A stretch of 64,000 nt of DNA from Candidatus Woesearchaeota archaeon (GCA_038874135.1 JAVZCZ010000001.1:480001-544000), one strand, 5' to 3'. Shown: positions 49,152 to 58,863, counted from the stretch's first letter. Notes: generated by a model not told the origin, from the letters alone. Program-made: numbers and translations.

Positions 49152-51794
49152 TTATGCAGATACAATACAGCAGGCAGTTCCACAGCAGCCGTATTCGCAA
49201 CACTTATTATTACAGCAGCTCTCGCCTTCATCGCACATTTTATTTCCGCAGCATACTGTTCCTGGACATTCGCACGGGTCAATTGCGCACGATCCATCGC
49301 CTGTGCAGCAGATAAGACCTGTGCATTGGTACTCGCAAGCTCCAGTATTAGGATTGCAGGCGTAACATGGCGAACAGGTAACTCCCTTACATTTATCTAT
49401 AGGAACGCAGCTTCCTCTGCCGTCACATTCCTCATCTGAACTGCATTTTGACTCGCACAGTCCGGTTTCTGCATTACACTGTTGACAATCATCTTCGTTA
49501 CATCCCACATCTACACAAGTAACATCTTTGCATTCTCCATTTTCACATTTTTGGTTTAAGTTGCACCCTACACATCTTCCCTGTACGCAAGTTTCACAAT
49601 TGTTGGCGTCGCACGGCGGATTGCAGCTGTTTCCATTACCGCCCCCGCAGTCCTTAGTACCAGCGCAGCTTCCACCGCAACCATCAGAGCAGGTACTGCC
49701 TGTACAGGTATTGGAAGCACAAGAACAATCAGGAACGCAAGGTCCCACTCCGCAGTTATCATTAAGTGACTTGCCAAAACAAGCGCTGTCAGAATAAACA
49801 TTATCACAACAGCCGTTCACAGCAGACTTGTAAACGCAAACATTATTAGAACAAGCCAAAGCAGAAGTGCACTTACCCTCCTCATTAGGCGAAACAGAAC
49901 AAGAACTGCCACAAGCAGCATTAACACTCTTACCAGAACAGGCAGAATCAGAAGAGACACCATCACAACAGCCGTTCACAGCAGACTTGTAAACGCACTT
50001 GGAATTAGAGCAGGTGAGCGCAGGGCAATTTCCATTCGCATCAGGAAGGTTTTGACATGTTGAGATGCAGACTCCGTTCTGACAGGTCTTTCCAGAATCG
50101 CACTTTGTGCCTATTACGCAGGTGTTGTTTCCGCAGCCGTCGCTTCCGTACTGTCCGCAGATTATCTCTGATGCTGAGGGGCAGCTTGGAGTGCAGCACT
50201 GCCCGTTGTAGCACACCTGGTTCTGAGTGCAGGTTGAGATGCAGCTTCCCTCGTAGCAGGTCTGGCATTCTCCGCAGACTACATTCTTGCACGGGTCTTC
50301 AAGTTTTATTCTCGTTGAGTTCTGTACGATCTGGCTGCTCTCTACATACGCTTTCACTATTATCTCGTATTCGCCTATGCTGTCCGGGCTTCTTGCTGGA
50401 ATCCAGATGTATTGACGTGCTGCCCCGTCATTTATCTGCTGGCTGACTAATGTCTGGTCGTTCTTTTTTATTATGATTTGGAAGCTTGTTATGTATGCTG
50501 TTGCTTCTCCTCCTAATGTCCAGTTTATTGTTACAGGCTTTGTGTATGGGATTTCTGAGTCTCTTTCTGGACTTTTGAGTGCCAGGCGGGTTCTGCATTG
50601 CCTGCAGCTGCCTCCGCAGTCAACGCCGAGCTCATCAGAATCCCTCACGCAGTTGTGGCATTTGTCTGTGCTTTCCGGGCTTTCTCCTATTCTTAGGGCT
50701 GCTGTTAGGTCTGGCCATTTTCTTAGTAGGTCTTGGTATTGCTCATTCATATTCCAGGATTCGGTGCTGGCGCTTATTAGGTATGTGCAGGCTTCTTCCT
50801 CTGTGCACGGGTTTAGCTGAGGATATGCTTTGTTTATTATGCTGCACATGTCCGTTTTGAATTTGGAGTATTTTATGTTTAGGCTGATGCTGCCCTGCCA
50901 GTTTTGTATTGTGCCTTCAACTCTTTTTCCATCTATGCTTGCAAGGTATATCCTGTCCGAGTTTAGCGGGCTGTATTCCGGTGTTGGATTTTCTTCTCTT
51001 CCAAATATGCTGTTAAGTATTCTTTTGAGGAAGCTTACTATCGCGTTTATTATGTAGGATGCGCCTGTTGGTTCAAAGTTGAACTCTGTCTTGCTGAATA
51101 TTATCGTTTGGAGTTCTGGATTGTACCAGGTTGTTGAGTCTTGGCACTTCTTGTATGCGTTTCCTCCTGACAGCGCGTTGTTGCAGAAGCTGTTTGACTT
51201 GTTTATGATTTCAAGCATTGATGAGTAGTTCTGATTGTTGAGCTGCCAGTTTAGTGCCGTTCCTAAGATTACTCTCTTCTCTGTTGGGGTTGAGTATTCT
51301 AGCACGCAGAAGCTGTTTGTGCAGGGTATTTGGAAGCCGTTGTAGTAGCATCTTCCTGAGAAGTAGTTAGCAGCTGGATTGTATGAGTAGTAGTTTAATG
51401 CGTACGAGTAGTTGTCGCAGAATAGTGTATAGTTGCTTATTGAGTTTTTGAGTGTGTAGTTGAGAAGGGCTGCTGCCACCAGCGAAGTCCTAGTTACCCA
51501 GTTACCATCGTCACAATAATGATCCAAAATAAACTGCCCAGAATTCACACAGCGGGGCTTATCATTAGAAAAGTAGGCGCTAACATTCCCATTCCTAGAC
51601 AAATTCCCACTAGGATCCACAAGACACTGCGAAGCCTCCAAACAGCAGCCCGAAACCCCATCCCAAGTGTGCTTCTGCACTCCTGAGCAGGATTCTTCAG
51701 CAGCAATGCTAGAAGATGTTAGAGTGAGTGCCAGCAGGGTTAATAATGCAAGTATTAGCAATACTCTCTTTTTTCTATGCATTTTTATCTTCAT
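49152..51794 (-). CDS. secreted Cys-rich surface protein, paralogue of 43030..48996
   Basis: Signal peptide; shared QKHTWDGVSGCC...WPxLTAxLRIGE...DSDELGVDCGG core; very Cys-rich C-terminus. Confidence 0.75.
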   Translation of the reverse strand: MKIKMHRKKRVLLILALLTLLALTLTSSSIAAEESCSGVQKHTWDGVSGCCLEASQCLVDPSGNLSRNGNVSAYFSNDKPRCVNSGQFILDHYCDDGNWVTRTSLVAAALLNYTLKNSISNYTLFCDNYSYALNYYSYNPAANYFSGRCYYNGFQIPCTNSFCVLEYSTPTEKRVILGTALNWQLNNQNYSSMLEIINKSNSFCNNALSGGNAYKKCQDSTTWYNPELQTIIFSKTEFNFEPTGASYIINAIVSFLKRILNSIFGREENPTPEYSPLNSDRIYLASIDGKRVEGTIQNWQGSISLNIKYSKFKTDMCSIINKAYPQLNPCTEEEACTYLISASTESWNMNEQYQDLLRKWPDLTAALRIGESPESTDKCHNCVRDSDELGVDCGGSCRQCRTRLALKSPERDSEIPYTKPVTINWTLGGEATAYITSFQIIIKKNDQTLVSQQINDGAARQYIWIPARSPDSIGEYEIIVKAYVESSQIVQNSTRIKLEDPCKNVVCGECQTCYEGSCISTCTQNQVCYNGQCCTPSCPSASEIICGQYGSDGCGNNTCVIGTKCDSGKTCQNGVCISTCQNLPDANGNCPALTCSNSKCVYKSAVNGCCDGVSSDSACSGKSVNAACGSSCSVSPNEEGKCTSALACSNNVCVYKSAVNGCCDNVYSDSACFGKSLNDNCGVGPCVPDCSCASNTCTGSTCSDGCGGSCAGTKDCGGGNGNSCNPPCDANNCETCVQGRCVGCNLNQKCENGECKDVTCVDVGCNEDDCQQCNAETGLCESKCSSDEECDGRGSCVPIDKCKGVTCSPCYACNPNTGACEYQCTGLICCTGDGSCAIDPCECPGTVCCGNKMCDEGESCCNNKCCEYGCCGTACCIVSA
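49803..49997. repeat. 36-bp internal direct repeat (49803..49838 and 49962..49997)
   Basis: ATCACAACAGCCGTTCACAGCAGACTTGTAAACGCA twice, 159 bp apart (CVYKSAVNGCCD). Confidence 0.85.
51454..51677. repeat. 224-bp dispersed repeat, copy 2
   Basis: Near-identical to 46397..46620. Confidence 0.92.
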
Positions 51795-52437
51795 CTTGTT
51801 TTGAGTATATAAATTTATTTTTTAGCTCTGGCTCTCGGAATAGTTCGTTCATGTTTCGGTTCAGTCCGAGCTCTCTCAGCAGGCTTAATATGTCATATGG
51901 ATTTCTCATATTATCAGGCGTTTCCGCAAGGGATGCTGCCCTTATTGGGACTTTGTAGGTCTGTGCGATTTTTATGTTGCGCAGTATCCTGCCCAGTATT
52001 TCGGAACTGGCTTCATTTTCCAGTATTTGCGAAGCTGAGATGCCTATCGCCTTTCCATTTCTAATAGCTTCTGAGCATAGCACCTGGTTTAGTCCTGAGC
52101 TTCTATATTTTGAGCTTCCAGTACTTGAAGTTTCAAGCTCAAATATCATGCTTACCTGATTTTTTTTAAAAAAATTGGGAGAGAATCCCCTGCCGATCAT
52201 TGCGCAGTTAAACCTTCTGTTGTACTGGTTTATGTTTTTTGCCTTTGTGTTTTCAATCAGGATTCCCGCGCTTATTGAAAAATCCTGGTACAAGCCGGAT
52301 ATTTCCCTTAAAAGTTGGAGCTTTTCTTCATACTCTTTGGGGTGGTAGAGCAGCATTATTCCCTTGTAGCCTAAGCTTCGTGCTCTTATTATAAAATCCT
52401 TCTCATCCTGTTTTGGGATTACAATGTCTGTGAGCAT
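51775..52437 (-). CDS. ribonuclease P subunit Rpp30-like
   Basis: ARSLGY...SGLNQVLC..A...ILGRILRNIKIAQTYKVP..ASLA...MRNPYDILSL..LGL. Confidence 0.75.
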   Translation of the reverse strand: MLTDIVIPKQDEKDFIIRARSLGYKGIMLLYHPKEYEEKLQLLREISGLYQDFSISAGILIENTKAKNINQYNRRFNCAMIGRGFSPNFFKKNQVSMIFELETSSTGSSKYRSSGLNQVLCSEAIRNGKAIGISASQILENEASSEILGRILRNIKIAQTYKVPIRAASLAETPDNMRNPYDILSLLRELGLNRNMNELFREPELKNKFIYSKQDEDKNA

Positions 52438-53273
52438 CTTGTTTCGCCAATTCTGCTTATAATCTGGCATGCCCTGCACTCTCTTTCCCCTGAGGGCATT
52501 CCGCAGGTTTTACACCTGCCGATTACCTGCTTCGGAGTTTTAATCCTGTTGATCAGACAAATGTGTGTTGTTATGATGTCTTTTAGTATTTTTGGGTTTT
52601 CCCTTTTTAAGATGCTTATCTCAGATTCTACTGAGCGCCTGAAAGCGTTCTTTCTGTAGGGGCACTGTTTTGCCGGTGCGGGTATCCCTTTAATCTTGGC
52701 ATATTTTATTATTTGCTCCTCGCTTATGAAGAATAGGGGCTTCAGTCTGGGAGTTAGTCCTTCCTGCTTAAGCTCTGAGAGGTACGGCTTCTGAGCTTTA
52801 AGCTCTCTCAGATTTGTCTTGAATAGGTTCATCAGAACTGCTTCTGCCTCATCATCCAGGTTGTGACCCGTTATCAAGCAGTCATATCCTCTTGAGTATT
52901 TGTTTATAAGCCACCTTCTCAGCACTCCGCAGGCAGAGCACGCGTTTAGGTTTGTTTTTTTCACAATTTCTTGGAGTGTGATTCCGAATTCCCTTTTAAA
53001 TGAGATTATTTTTAAAGGTATGCCGTTTTGATTACAGAACTTCTTGAGCGATTCTTCTGTTTCATCTCTATAGTGTGGGATTCCCTCGTTGACAAGCAGC
53101 GCGGTTACCCTTTTGAAGTATTTTGAAGCGAGATATAATGCAGTGGTTGAGTCCTTTCCTCCAGAACAGGCTGCAATTACTCTTGCATCAGGGGAGAGGT
53201 TTGAGTATTTTTTTATTGTACGCCTTACCCTGCGTTCTATCTCTCTACAGAATTCTGCTTCGTCCTTTTTCAT
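52419..53273 (-). CDS. tRNA 2-thiolation protein (TtuA/Ncs6 family)
   Basis: PP-loop SGGKDS, CSACGVLRR, TGHNLDDEAE, CPY, C-terminal CKTCG..CRAC. Confidence 0.88.
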   Translation of the reverse strand: MKKDEAEFCREIERRVRRTIKKYSNLSPDARVIAACSGGKDSTTALYLASKYFKRVTALLVNEGIPHYRDETEESLKKFCNQNGIPLKIISFKREFGITLQEIVKKTNLNACSACGVLRRWLINKYSRGYDCLITGHNLDDEAEAVLMNLFKTNLRELKAQKPYLSELKQEGLTPRLKPLFFISEEQIIKYAKIKGIPAPAKQCPYRKNAFRRSVESEISILKRENPKILKDIITTHICLINRIKTPKQVIGRCKTCGMPSGERECRACQIISRIGETRCSQTL

Positions 53274-54465
53274 CTTGCCCGAATAGGATTAACTCTTTTT
53301 TTGTAAGCGCTTCTTCTATTAGCCGCCTGAGCGGCATTTTAGATTCTATCTCTTTTATTCTTTCAAGGCTTGATTGAGTTGCTGGATGCTTAGGGAGAGC
53401 AGTACACTTGACATCTGAGGCTATTGAGATGTCGTAAGTTCCTATGCTCTTGGCAATTTGTATTATTTCCTCTTTGCTCAGCCCTATCAGCGGCCTTAAC
53501 ACTGGCTTTGAGGATGCGCTTTCTTCAACTTCAAGGTTGGTGATTGTTTGAGAGGCGACCTGCGCCAGGCTGGAGCCGTCCACTACTGCTGAGGCGCCTT
53601 CTTCTTCTGCCAGCTTTGAAGCAATTCTAAGCATGTTGGACTTGCAGAGTACGCACACATACTTTGAGCCTCTAGCCACAAACTCCTGCATTATCCTGCC
53701 GGTTTTTATTATGCAGAGCTTAAGAGGCTCTCCGTAGTAGTATTCTGCAAGCTTTGAGCAAACCTTTTTCACCCTGTCCAGGTCCCCTTCTGAGTAGTAT
53801 GGGCTTTGGTCTAGGTGCAGCAGCGTCACCCTGCAACCCTTGCGCATCATAAGCCAGGCTGCTACTGGGCTGTCTATTCCTCCTGAAATTAGGCAGATGA
53901 GCTTGCCTGAGCTTCCGGTAGGAAGCCCTCCGGGGCCTTTTATTTTTTCTGTGAATAGGTATATCTCCCCCTGTTCAACAATCTCTATTCCGAGGTAGAA
54001 TTCTGAGTTTTGCAGTTGGACTCTGGCGCCCGTCTCTTCAACTATGAATGCTCCAACCTGCTCGTTGATGTGTACTGAATCAATTGGAAATTTCTTGTCT
54101 GAACGCTTGGCTGCTATTTTAAAGCTGGAAGATGAGGAGAGCCCCTTCTCTTTTAGGAGCTGTAGTGCTTTTGTTTTTATTTCTTCCATCAGATTGGGAG
54201 TGCTTCTTTTTATTTCAACTGCTGGGCTGAAGGACGCTATCCCGAAAACTTTGGAGAGGCATTCTGATTTTTCGTATATGTCCTCTTTCAGGTGGATTAT
54301 TAGCCGTCCCCTATGCCTATTCACTCTTTCATAGCTTATGTTGTGCCTTTTTAGACAGAGTTTTATGTTGTGCGCCAGCTGCTTTTCAAAGAATGCCCTA
54401 TTCTGCCCTTTGAGGAAGATTTCGTTGTATCTTACCAGGATGTGGTACCTTGGGGTGTGCATCAC
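53245..54465 (-). CDS. thiI: tRNA 4-thiouridine synthase ThiI
   Basis: RYNEIFLKG, THUMP domain, GPGGLP, SGGIDSPVA, CVLCK, QVASQT, RPL. Confidence 0.93.
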   Translation of the reverse strand: MMHTPRYHILVRYNEIFLKGQNRAFFEKQLAHNIKLCLKRHNISYERVNRHRGRLIIHLKEDIYEKSECLSKVFGIASFSPAVEIKRSTPNLMEEIKTKALQLLKEKGLSSSSSFKIAAKRSDKKFPIDSVHINEQVGAFIVEETGARVQLQNSEFYLGIEIVEQGEIYLFTEKIKGPGGLPTGSSGKLICLISGGIDSPVAAWLMMRKGCRVTLLHLDQSPYYSEGDLDRVKKVCSKLAEYYYGEPLKLCIIKTGRIMQEFVARGSKYVCVLCKSNMLRIASKLAEEEGASAVVDGSSLAQVASQTITNLEVEESASSKPVLRPLIGLSKEEIIQIAKSIGTYDISIASDVKCTALPKHPATQSSLERIKEIESKMPLRRLIEEALTKKELILFGQDEKGRSRIL

Positions 54466-54484
54466 TTGTTGGTTTTAGCTTTGT

Positions 54485-54700
54485 CTATAAATCTTTTATC
54501 CTCACGCTGGCTTTCTGACGCCCCTTCTTTTTAAGCCGCTGCCTTGCCAGTGAGAACAACCCTATAAATAAGGATATGATAAAGAGAAGTACCGCTGCGA
54601 GAAGCCAGAAAAGAACTACTGGAATTAGGAATATTATAATTAGCGCTGCAATGAGTATTGAAACCATCCAGGCCAAAGCTAAGATGATTCTGTTTCTCAT
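54485..54700 (-). CDS. small membrane protein
   Basis: Long hydrophobic stretch and basic tail; translationally coupled to lgt. Confidence 0.6.
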   Translation of the reverse strand: MRNRIILALAWMVSILIAALIIIFLIPVVLFWLLAAVLLFIISLFIGLFSLARQRLKKKGRQKASVRIKDL

Positions 54701-55488
54701 TTTTTCCTCCTTCTGCTTTTAATCTCATTTTTAGTTTTTGAGAGTTTGAAAAGCATGGGAATTGAGATAATTATTATAATTATTGAAGTAAATTGTCCCA
54801 GTGTTAGTCCAAAAATGACATAGTCGGGCTCTCTGAAGAATTCTACAAAGAACCTGAAAGCAGAATAGATTAGCATGAAGCTCCAGAATATAGAGCCGTC
54901 CTTCCTTCTTATCTTAAGTTTGAATATTAAATTAAGTATTATAAATGTTGCAAAATCAGTTATTGACTCGTAAAGCTGAGAGGGGTGTCTGAACCCTTCT
55001 GCTTCAGCAAACTTTACTGCCCAGGGCACGCTGGTGATTCTACCGTAGAGTTCTCCATTTATGAAGTTGGCTATCCTTCCAAGTGCTAGCCCAAGCGATA
55101 ATGGAATGACTGCCAGATCTGCAATCTGCCAGAATTTGAGCTTCCTCTTTTTTGAATAAAGCCAGAGTCCTAAAAATCCTCCCAGGAATGCCCCGTGAGC
55201 CGCTAGGCCTCCATGCCAGATGGCTATTATTTCAATCGGGTTATTTATATAGAATTGTGGGTTGTGCAGCAGGATGTGGTCCAGTCTTGCTCCTAATAGT
55301 CCGAATAGCACCATGATGAAGAGGGCGTTGTATAACTCTTCTTCATTAACTTCAGGATTTAGACGCTTGTACTCTCTGCTTATGAAGAATATTCCGAATA
55401 GAACTGAGAGAGCCATGAAAAGTCCGTAGTACCTTATTTGTAGTTGTCCGATTTGAAGGATTACTGGATTAATATTGTGTATAAACAT
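54697..55488 (-). CDS. lgt: prolipoprotein diacylglyceryl transferase Lgt
   Basis: IRYYGL, LGARL, IWHGGLAAHG, GRIANFINGELYG signature, RHPSQLYE, FRFFVEFFREPD, GQ. Confidence 0.92.
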   Translation of the reverse strand: MFIHNINPVILQIGQLQIRYYGLFMALSVLFGIFFISREYKRLNPEVNEEELYNALFIMVLFGLLGARLDHILLHNPQFYINNPIEIIAIWHGGLAAHGAFLGGFLGLWLYSKKRKLKFWQIADLAVIPLSLGLALGRIANFINGELYGRITSVPWAVKFAEAEGFRHPSQLYESITDFATFIILNLIFKLKIRRKDGSIFWSFMLIYSAFRFFVEFFREPDYVIFGLTLGQFTSIIIIIISIPMLFKLSKTKNEIKSRRRKK

Positions 55489-55529
55489 AAAAATTAGTGA
55501 AATAAAAGAAGGAATAAAAAGTTTTGCGT

Positions 55530-56690
55530 TCAGCCGCAGCTTCCTGAGGGAGCTGGAGCCTGCTGGCTTACTGTAGCATTACAGCCTGCCATTCCTTCAT
55601 TATACTTGCAGAACTGCTGCTGCACGCTTGCAGCCTGTATCCCTCCGAAGGTGTACCTGTTGTTTGCAAGCCATGTTGGAGATGCTCCTATTCCTAAAGC
55701 CCGTGCAATTTTTATGTCTTCGCTCAGAAGATTTTTTCCCTCAGTTCCATTGAAGCAAGATTCCACTTTAGCTATATCAACTCCTGTGTTTTGAGCGCAG
55801 TTGTGCCAGTCGTTCCCTCTTATGCCTTCCTTGCTCCTGCACACTATGTAGTCTAACCACTGTTTTGGAGAGTATTTCTTCACGCAAAGCTGTATTATGT
55901 CTTCATCCGCCTCGTAAGGTCCGTGTAAGCTGTTGAAAACTCCTGGAGAGGTCTCATCTGCAATGTAGTGCACATCATAGGTCATGTTCGGCATCACCTT
56001 AACTAGTTCTCCCAGGGCAATAACTGCTAGCTTGCCGTATGGGCAGTCGCTCATTATGAAAACCTGCAGGTTTCCTGGTTTGTTATCTCTGCACGCTAGG
56101 GAATTTATGCACTCAGGATCCTGACAGTCTATAAGTGCGTTGCCATTGTCATCTATCCCGTTGTCACAGATTTCTGCAGTGGGATCAAAGCTGGCTCCGA
56201 TTCTCAGAGATAAATATTTTTCAGCCTTGTCAAGGTATGGTGATATTATTGAATAGTTTGCTGTAGTGTTTACGCTCGGCGTAAATAAAATTGCGGGCAG
56301 GTATTTTATTTTAGTTGATGCCATCAGCTCTCTTGCCTTTTTGTCAGAGTAGTCAAGCTGGGTTATTTTTACTTCTGGAAGTATGGACTTTAGCTGTGGA
56401 ACTAAAACCTGGACTGCCTGTTCGCAGTCTGCACATCTTTTGTCGCTTATAACTATCATTTCCGGTGTTGAGGTCTGAGTTGGCAGTCCGTTGTATTTCA
56501 CAGTGAAGATGTGGAGAGCTGTCAAAATTGAGAACACTGCAATTATCGCTAGCAATGTTATGCTCAGATATTTCCAGCCGTTCCTCTTAACATGATGTTT
56601 TGCAATAAGTATCTTCTCATGAAGTTTGTGCTTCTTTGCCTCGTGATGTTCAGCTTTTTTCTCTTTATGTTCTTCTTTTTCTTCTTCCAT
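55530..56690 (-). CDS. membrane-anchored thioredoxin-fold (DsbA/GILT-like) protein
   Basis: TM helix, CADC, FIMSDCPYG, SLHG..E, GIGASPTW; also an EICDNGIDDNGN..DCQDPEC motif. Confidence 0.65.
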   Translation of the reverse strand: MEEEKEEHKEKKAEHHEAKKHKLHEKILIAKHHVKRNGWKYLSITLLAIIAVFSILTALHIFTVKYNGLPTQTSTPEMIVISDKRCADCEQAVQVLVPQLKSILPEVKITQLDYSDKKARELMASTKIKYLPAILFTPSVNTTANYSIISPYLDKAEKYLSLRIGASFDPTAEICDNGIDDNGNALIDCQDPECINSLACRDNKPGNLQVFIMSDCPYGKLAVIALGELVKVMPNMTYDVHYIADETSPGVFNSLHGPYEADEDIIQLCVKKYSPKQWLDYIVCRSKEGIRGNDWHNCAQNTGVDIAKVESCFNGTEGKNLLSEDIKIARALGIGASPTWLANNRYTFGGIQAASVQQQFCKYNEGMAGCNATVSQQAPAPSGSCG

Positions 56691-56826
56691 AACACCTCAC
56701 CCTAAAAACAGAAAGATGAGATAGCAGCTCTTTTTAAAACTTTCCAATAAGTGCACTGCGTTTAGCGAATTTCGTACTCAAAAGGTTACAAAAACTTTAA
56801 TAAAACTAAATATCTAGTATTGTATT

Positions 56827-57357
56827 ATGAGATGCTTTGTCTGCATAAAAGTGCCTGAAGAGATTAGAAGAGAGCTTGAAGTTGCTGCTAACCTTCTGCG
56901 GGGAATAAGAGGAGTTTCCTTGGCAAAGGAGTTTCATATCACACTTAAATTTCTTGGAGAAATTGATACCAATGTTGTTGAGATGGTAAAAGCACGGTTG
57001 GAAGAAGTGAGGTATAGAAGATTTAAAGTTGAAGTTAGAGGCTTAGGATTTTTCCCGAATAGGAAAAGAATGAGAGTAATCTGGGCTGGCGCGCATTCTA
57101 AGGAGCTAAATGATTTGGCTTTTGAGGTTGACTCAGCTTTAGAAAAAGCGGGCTTTACTAAAGAGAGATTTTCTCCACATATAACCCTTGCGCGCGTAAA
57201 GAATTTTCAGGAGAGAGAAAAGATAGGAATGGCACTCTCCAAGATTTTAATAAAGCCGAGCTCATTCAGTGTGTCAAGCTTCTTTCTAGAGCGTTCTGAA
57301 CTGAAAAGAGAGGGGCCGTGCTACTCTGACATTGCAGAGTTTAAGCTTTCAGAGTGA
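56827..57357 (+). CDS. thpR: RNA 2',3'-cyclic phosphodiesterase (2H phosphoesterase)
   Basis: Two HITL motifs (FHITLKFLG, PHITLARVK). Confidence 0.92.
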   Translation: MRCFVCIKVPEEIRRELEVAANLLRGIRGVSLAKEFHITLKFLGEIDTNVVEMVKARLEEVRYRRFKVEVRGLGFFPNRKRMRVIWAGAHSKELNDLAFEVDSALEKAGFTKERFSPHITLARVKNFQEREKIGMALSKILIKPSSFSVSSFFLERSELKREGPCYSDIAEFKLSE

Positions 57358-57628
57358 GTGTGAGCTTTACAGCGTAGAATATAAGAAGTGCGAGTAGGAA
57401 GCAGAGCATTCCGAGTGTGAGTTCCAGCGCAAGCCTCCACGCATTTTTTATCTTTCCCGATTCAAGCCTTCTGGAAAGGTGTAAAACATACAAGTATAAG
57501 AATAGTGCTAGGAGTATTATTATATAATATGGAAACCCTGCTGCTAGGAAGAATATGCTGAAAAAAGTGAAGAGCATGATAAACATCATTATAGAGTGCT
57601 TAGTTGGTTTTAGAAAAATGCCGTTCAA
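57341..57628 (-). CDS. small membrane protein
   Basis: Three hydrophobic segments; coupled to the mre11 stop. Confidence 0.55.
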   Translation of the reverse strand: MNGIFLKPTKHSIMMFIMLFTFFSIFFLAAGFPYYIIILLALFLYLYVLHLSRRLESGKIKNAWRLALELTLGMLCFLLALLIFYAVKLTLTLKA

Positions 57629-58863
57629 GGATCTCCCCCTGCGTATTCTGTGAGAATTTTTTTAAAGTCCTCTTTCAGTCTCACTTCAAAATCCTGAACC
57701 CTTTCACCCTCCTTCCGCTCTGCGGATAGTATTTCCATCAGAGTGGAGAGGAACTGTTTTGTTTTGTCAGCACCAATCTTTTCAACAGTCATTGATGGAG
57801 CGTTTTCTGTAAGCATCCTTTCTTCTATCTCGCGTACTGAGCCTGAAGATGAGGATATGCTTTCAAATTCTTCCGTGCTCAGAAGGCTGGTGTTTTTTAG
57901 AACTGTAAAAGCACCCCTTGAATAGAGCTCTTCATATATCTCATTAAACGGAATGTCTGAGGTCTTTCCCGAAGCGAGCCTTCCTGACAGGCGTATTAGC
58001 ACTATCGTATTTATGAGCTCCTTTCCAGCTGTTTTTTCAACTATCTCAGAATGAACCTCCTGTGGCGATTTTCCATCACAAACTATCTTTATTGGAAGAA
58101 CATTGTAAAGTATTATTGGCTGGTATTCCTGAGAGAGTTCTCCTCCAGAATATTCAACAATGTAAAAGCCGCCGTGCTGTAGCTCTTCTAATTCAGAGAA
58201 GCTGTTTGGGAATAGAGGTCCGGGATATGCAAAAAGTCCATACCCTTTTATTTCGGCGCTGTGAACTATGTGAACATGGCCTCCTGCGTAGTATGAAAAT
58301 CTTTTTGGGAAGAAGGAGAGCGGTGAAGTTTCAAACCACTGTTCTCCTGGAAGGAGCTCTTGGACTGGGCTGTGGAACATGAAGATCTTAAAACCATCTT
58401 CAGCTTCAAGAAGCTCCCTGTCTAGGCTTTCGTAGTATGAAGATTCAAGCATTCCCCTCTTTCCTAATATGCCTGTAATTTTTGCTCCTGTTTTTTTATC
58501 TATTGTGAATTTGAGTCTGAGTTTTGAATCCTCAACCCTGCCACGGAAGACATTGGTGAAGAGGTTTGCGTTTTCAAGCACGTCCAGCATTGTCTTTCCA
58601 GACGGGCTGAAATCGTGGCTTCCAGGGATTACATAAACAGGAATACCTGCAGCTTTCAACTGGCTAAGCCCGTATACTGCCTCCTTCAGAGAATCTATTG
58701 ATGGGAAGGATGTGTTGAAAAGGTCTCCGGATATTAGTATGAAGTCAACTTGCCTCTCAATGCATATCTCTACAGCTCTTGAAAATGCTTGCAGGTTAGC
58801 GTTTCTCAGCAGGGGTTCCCTCCAGGCGCCTATGTGACAGTCTGCAATGTGAGCGAATCTCAT
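57625..58863 (-). CDS. mre11: Mre11/SbcD-like DNA repair nuclease
   Basis: ADCHIG, SGDLF, PGSHD, FMFH, GGHVH, YPG. Confidence 0.85.
   Translation of the reverse strand: MRFAHIADCHIGAWREPLLRNANLQAFSRAVEICIERQVDFILISGDLFNTSFPSIDSLKEAVYGLSQLKAAGIPVYVIPGSHDFSPSGKTMLDVLENANLFTNVFRGRVEDSKLRLKFTIDKKTGAKITGILGKRGMLESSYYESLDRELLEAEDGFKIFMFHSPVQELLPGEQWFETSPLSFFPKRFSYYAGGHVHIVHSAEIKGYGLFAYPGPLFPNSFSELEELQHGGFYIVEYSGGELSQEYQPIILYNVLPIKIVCDGKSPQEVHSEIVEKTAGKELINTIVLIRLSGRLASGKTSDIPFNEIYEELYSRGAFTVLKNTSLLSTEEFESISSSSGSVREIEERMLTENAPSMTVEKIGADKTKQFLSTLMEILSAERKEGERVQDFEVRLKEDFKKILTEYAGGDP

Noticed and set aside
46397-51677. 224-bp repeat pair as DGR template and variable repeats
   Set aside because: Only 3 transitions, not all at adenines; both copies are coding and internal; no reverse transcriptase in the window
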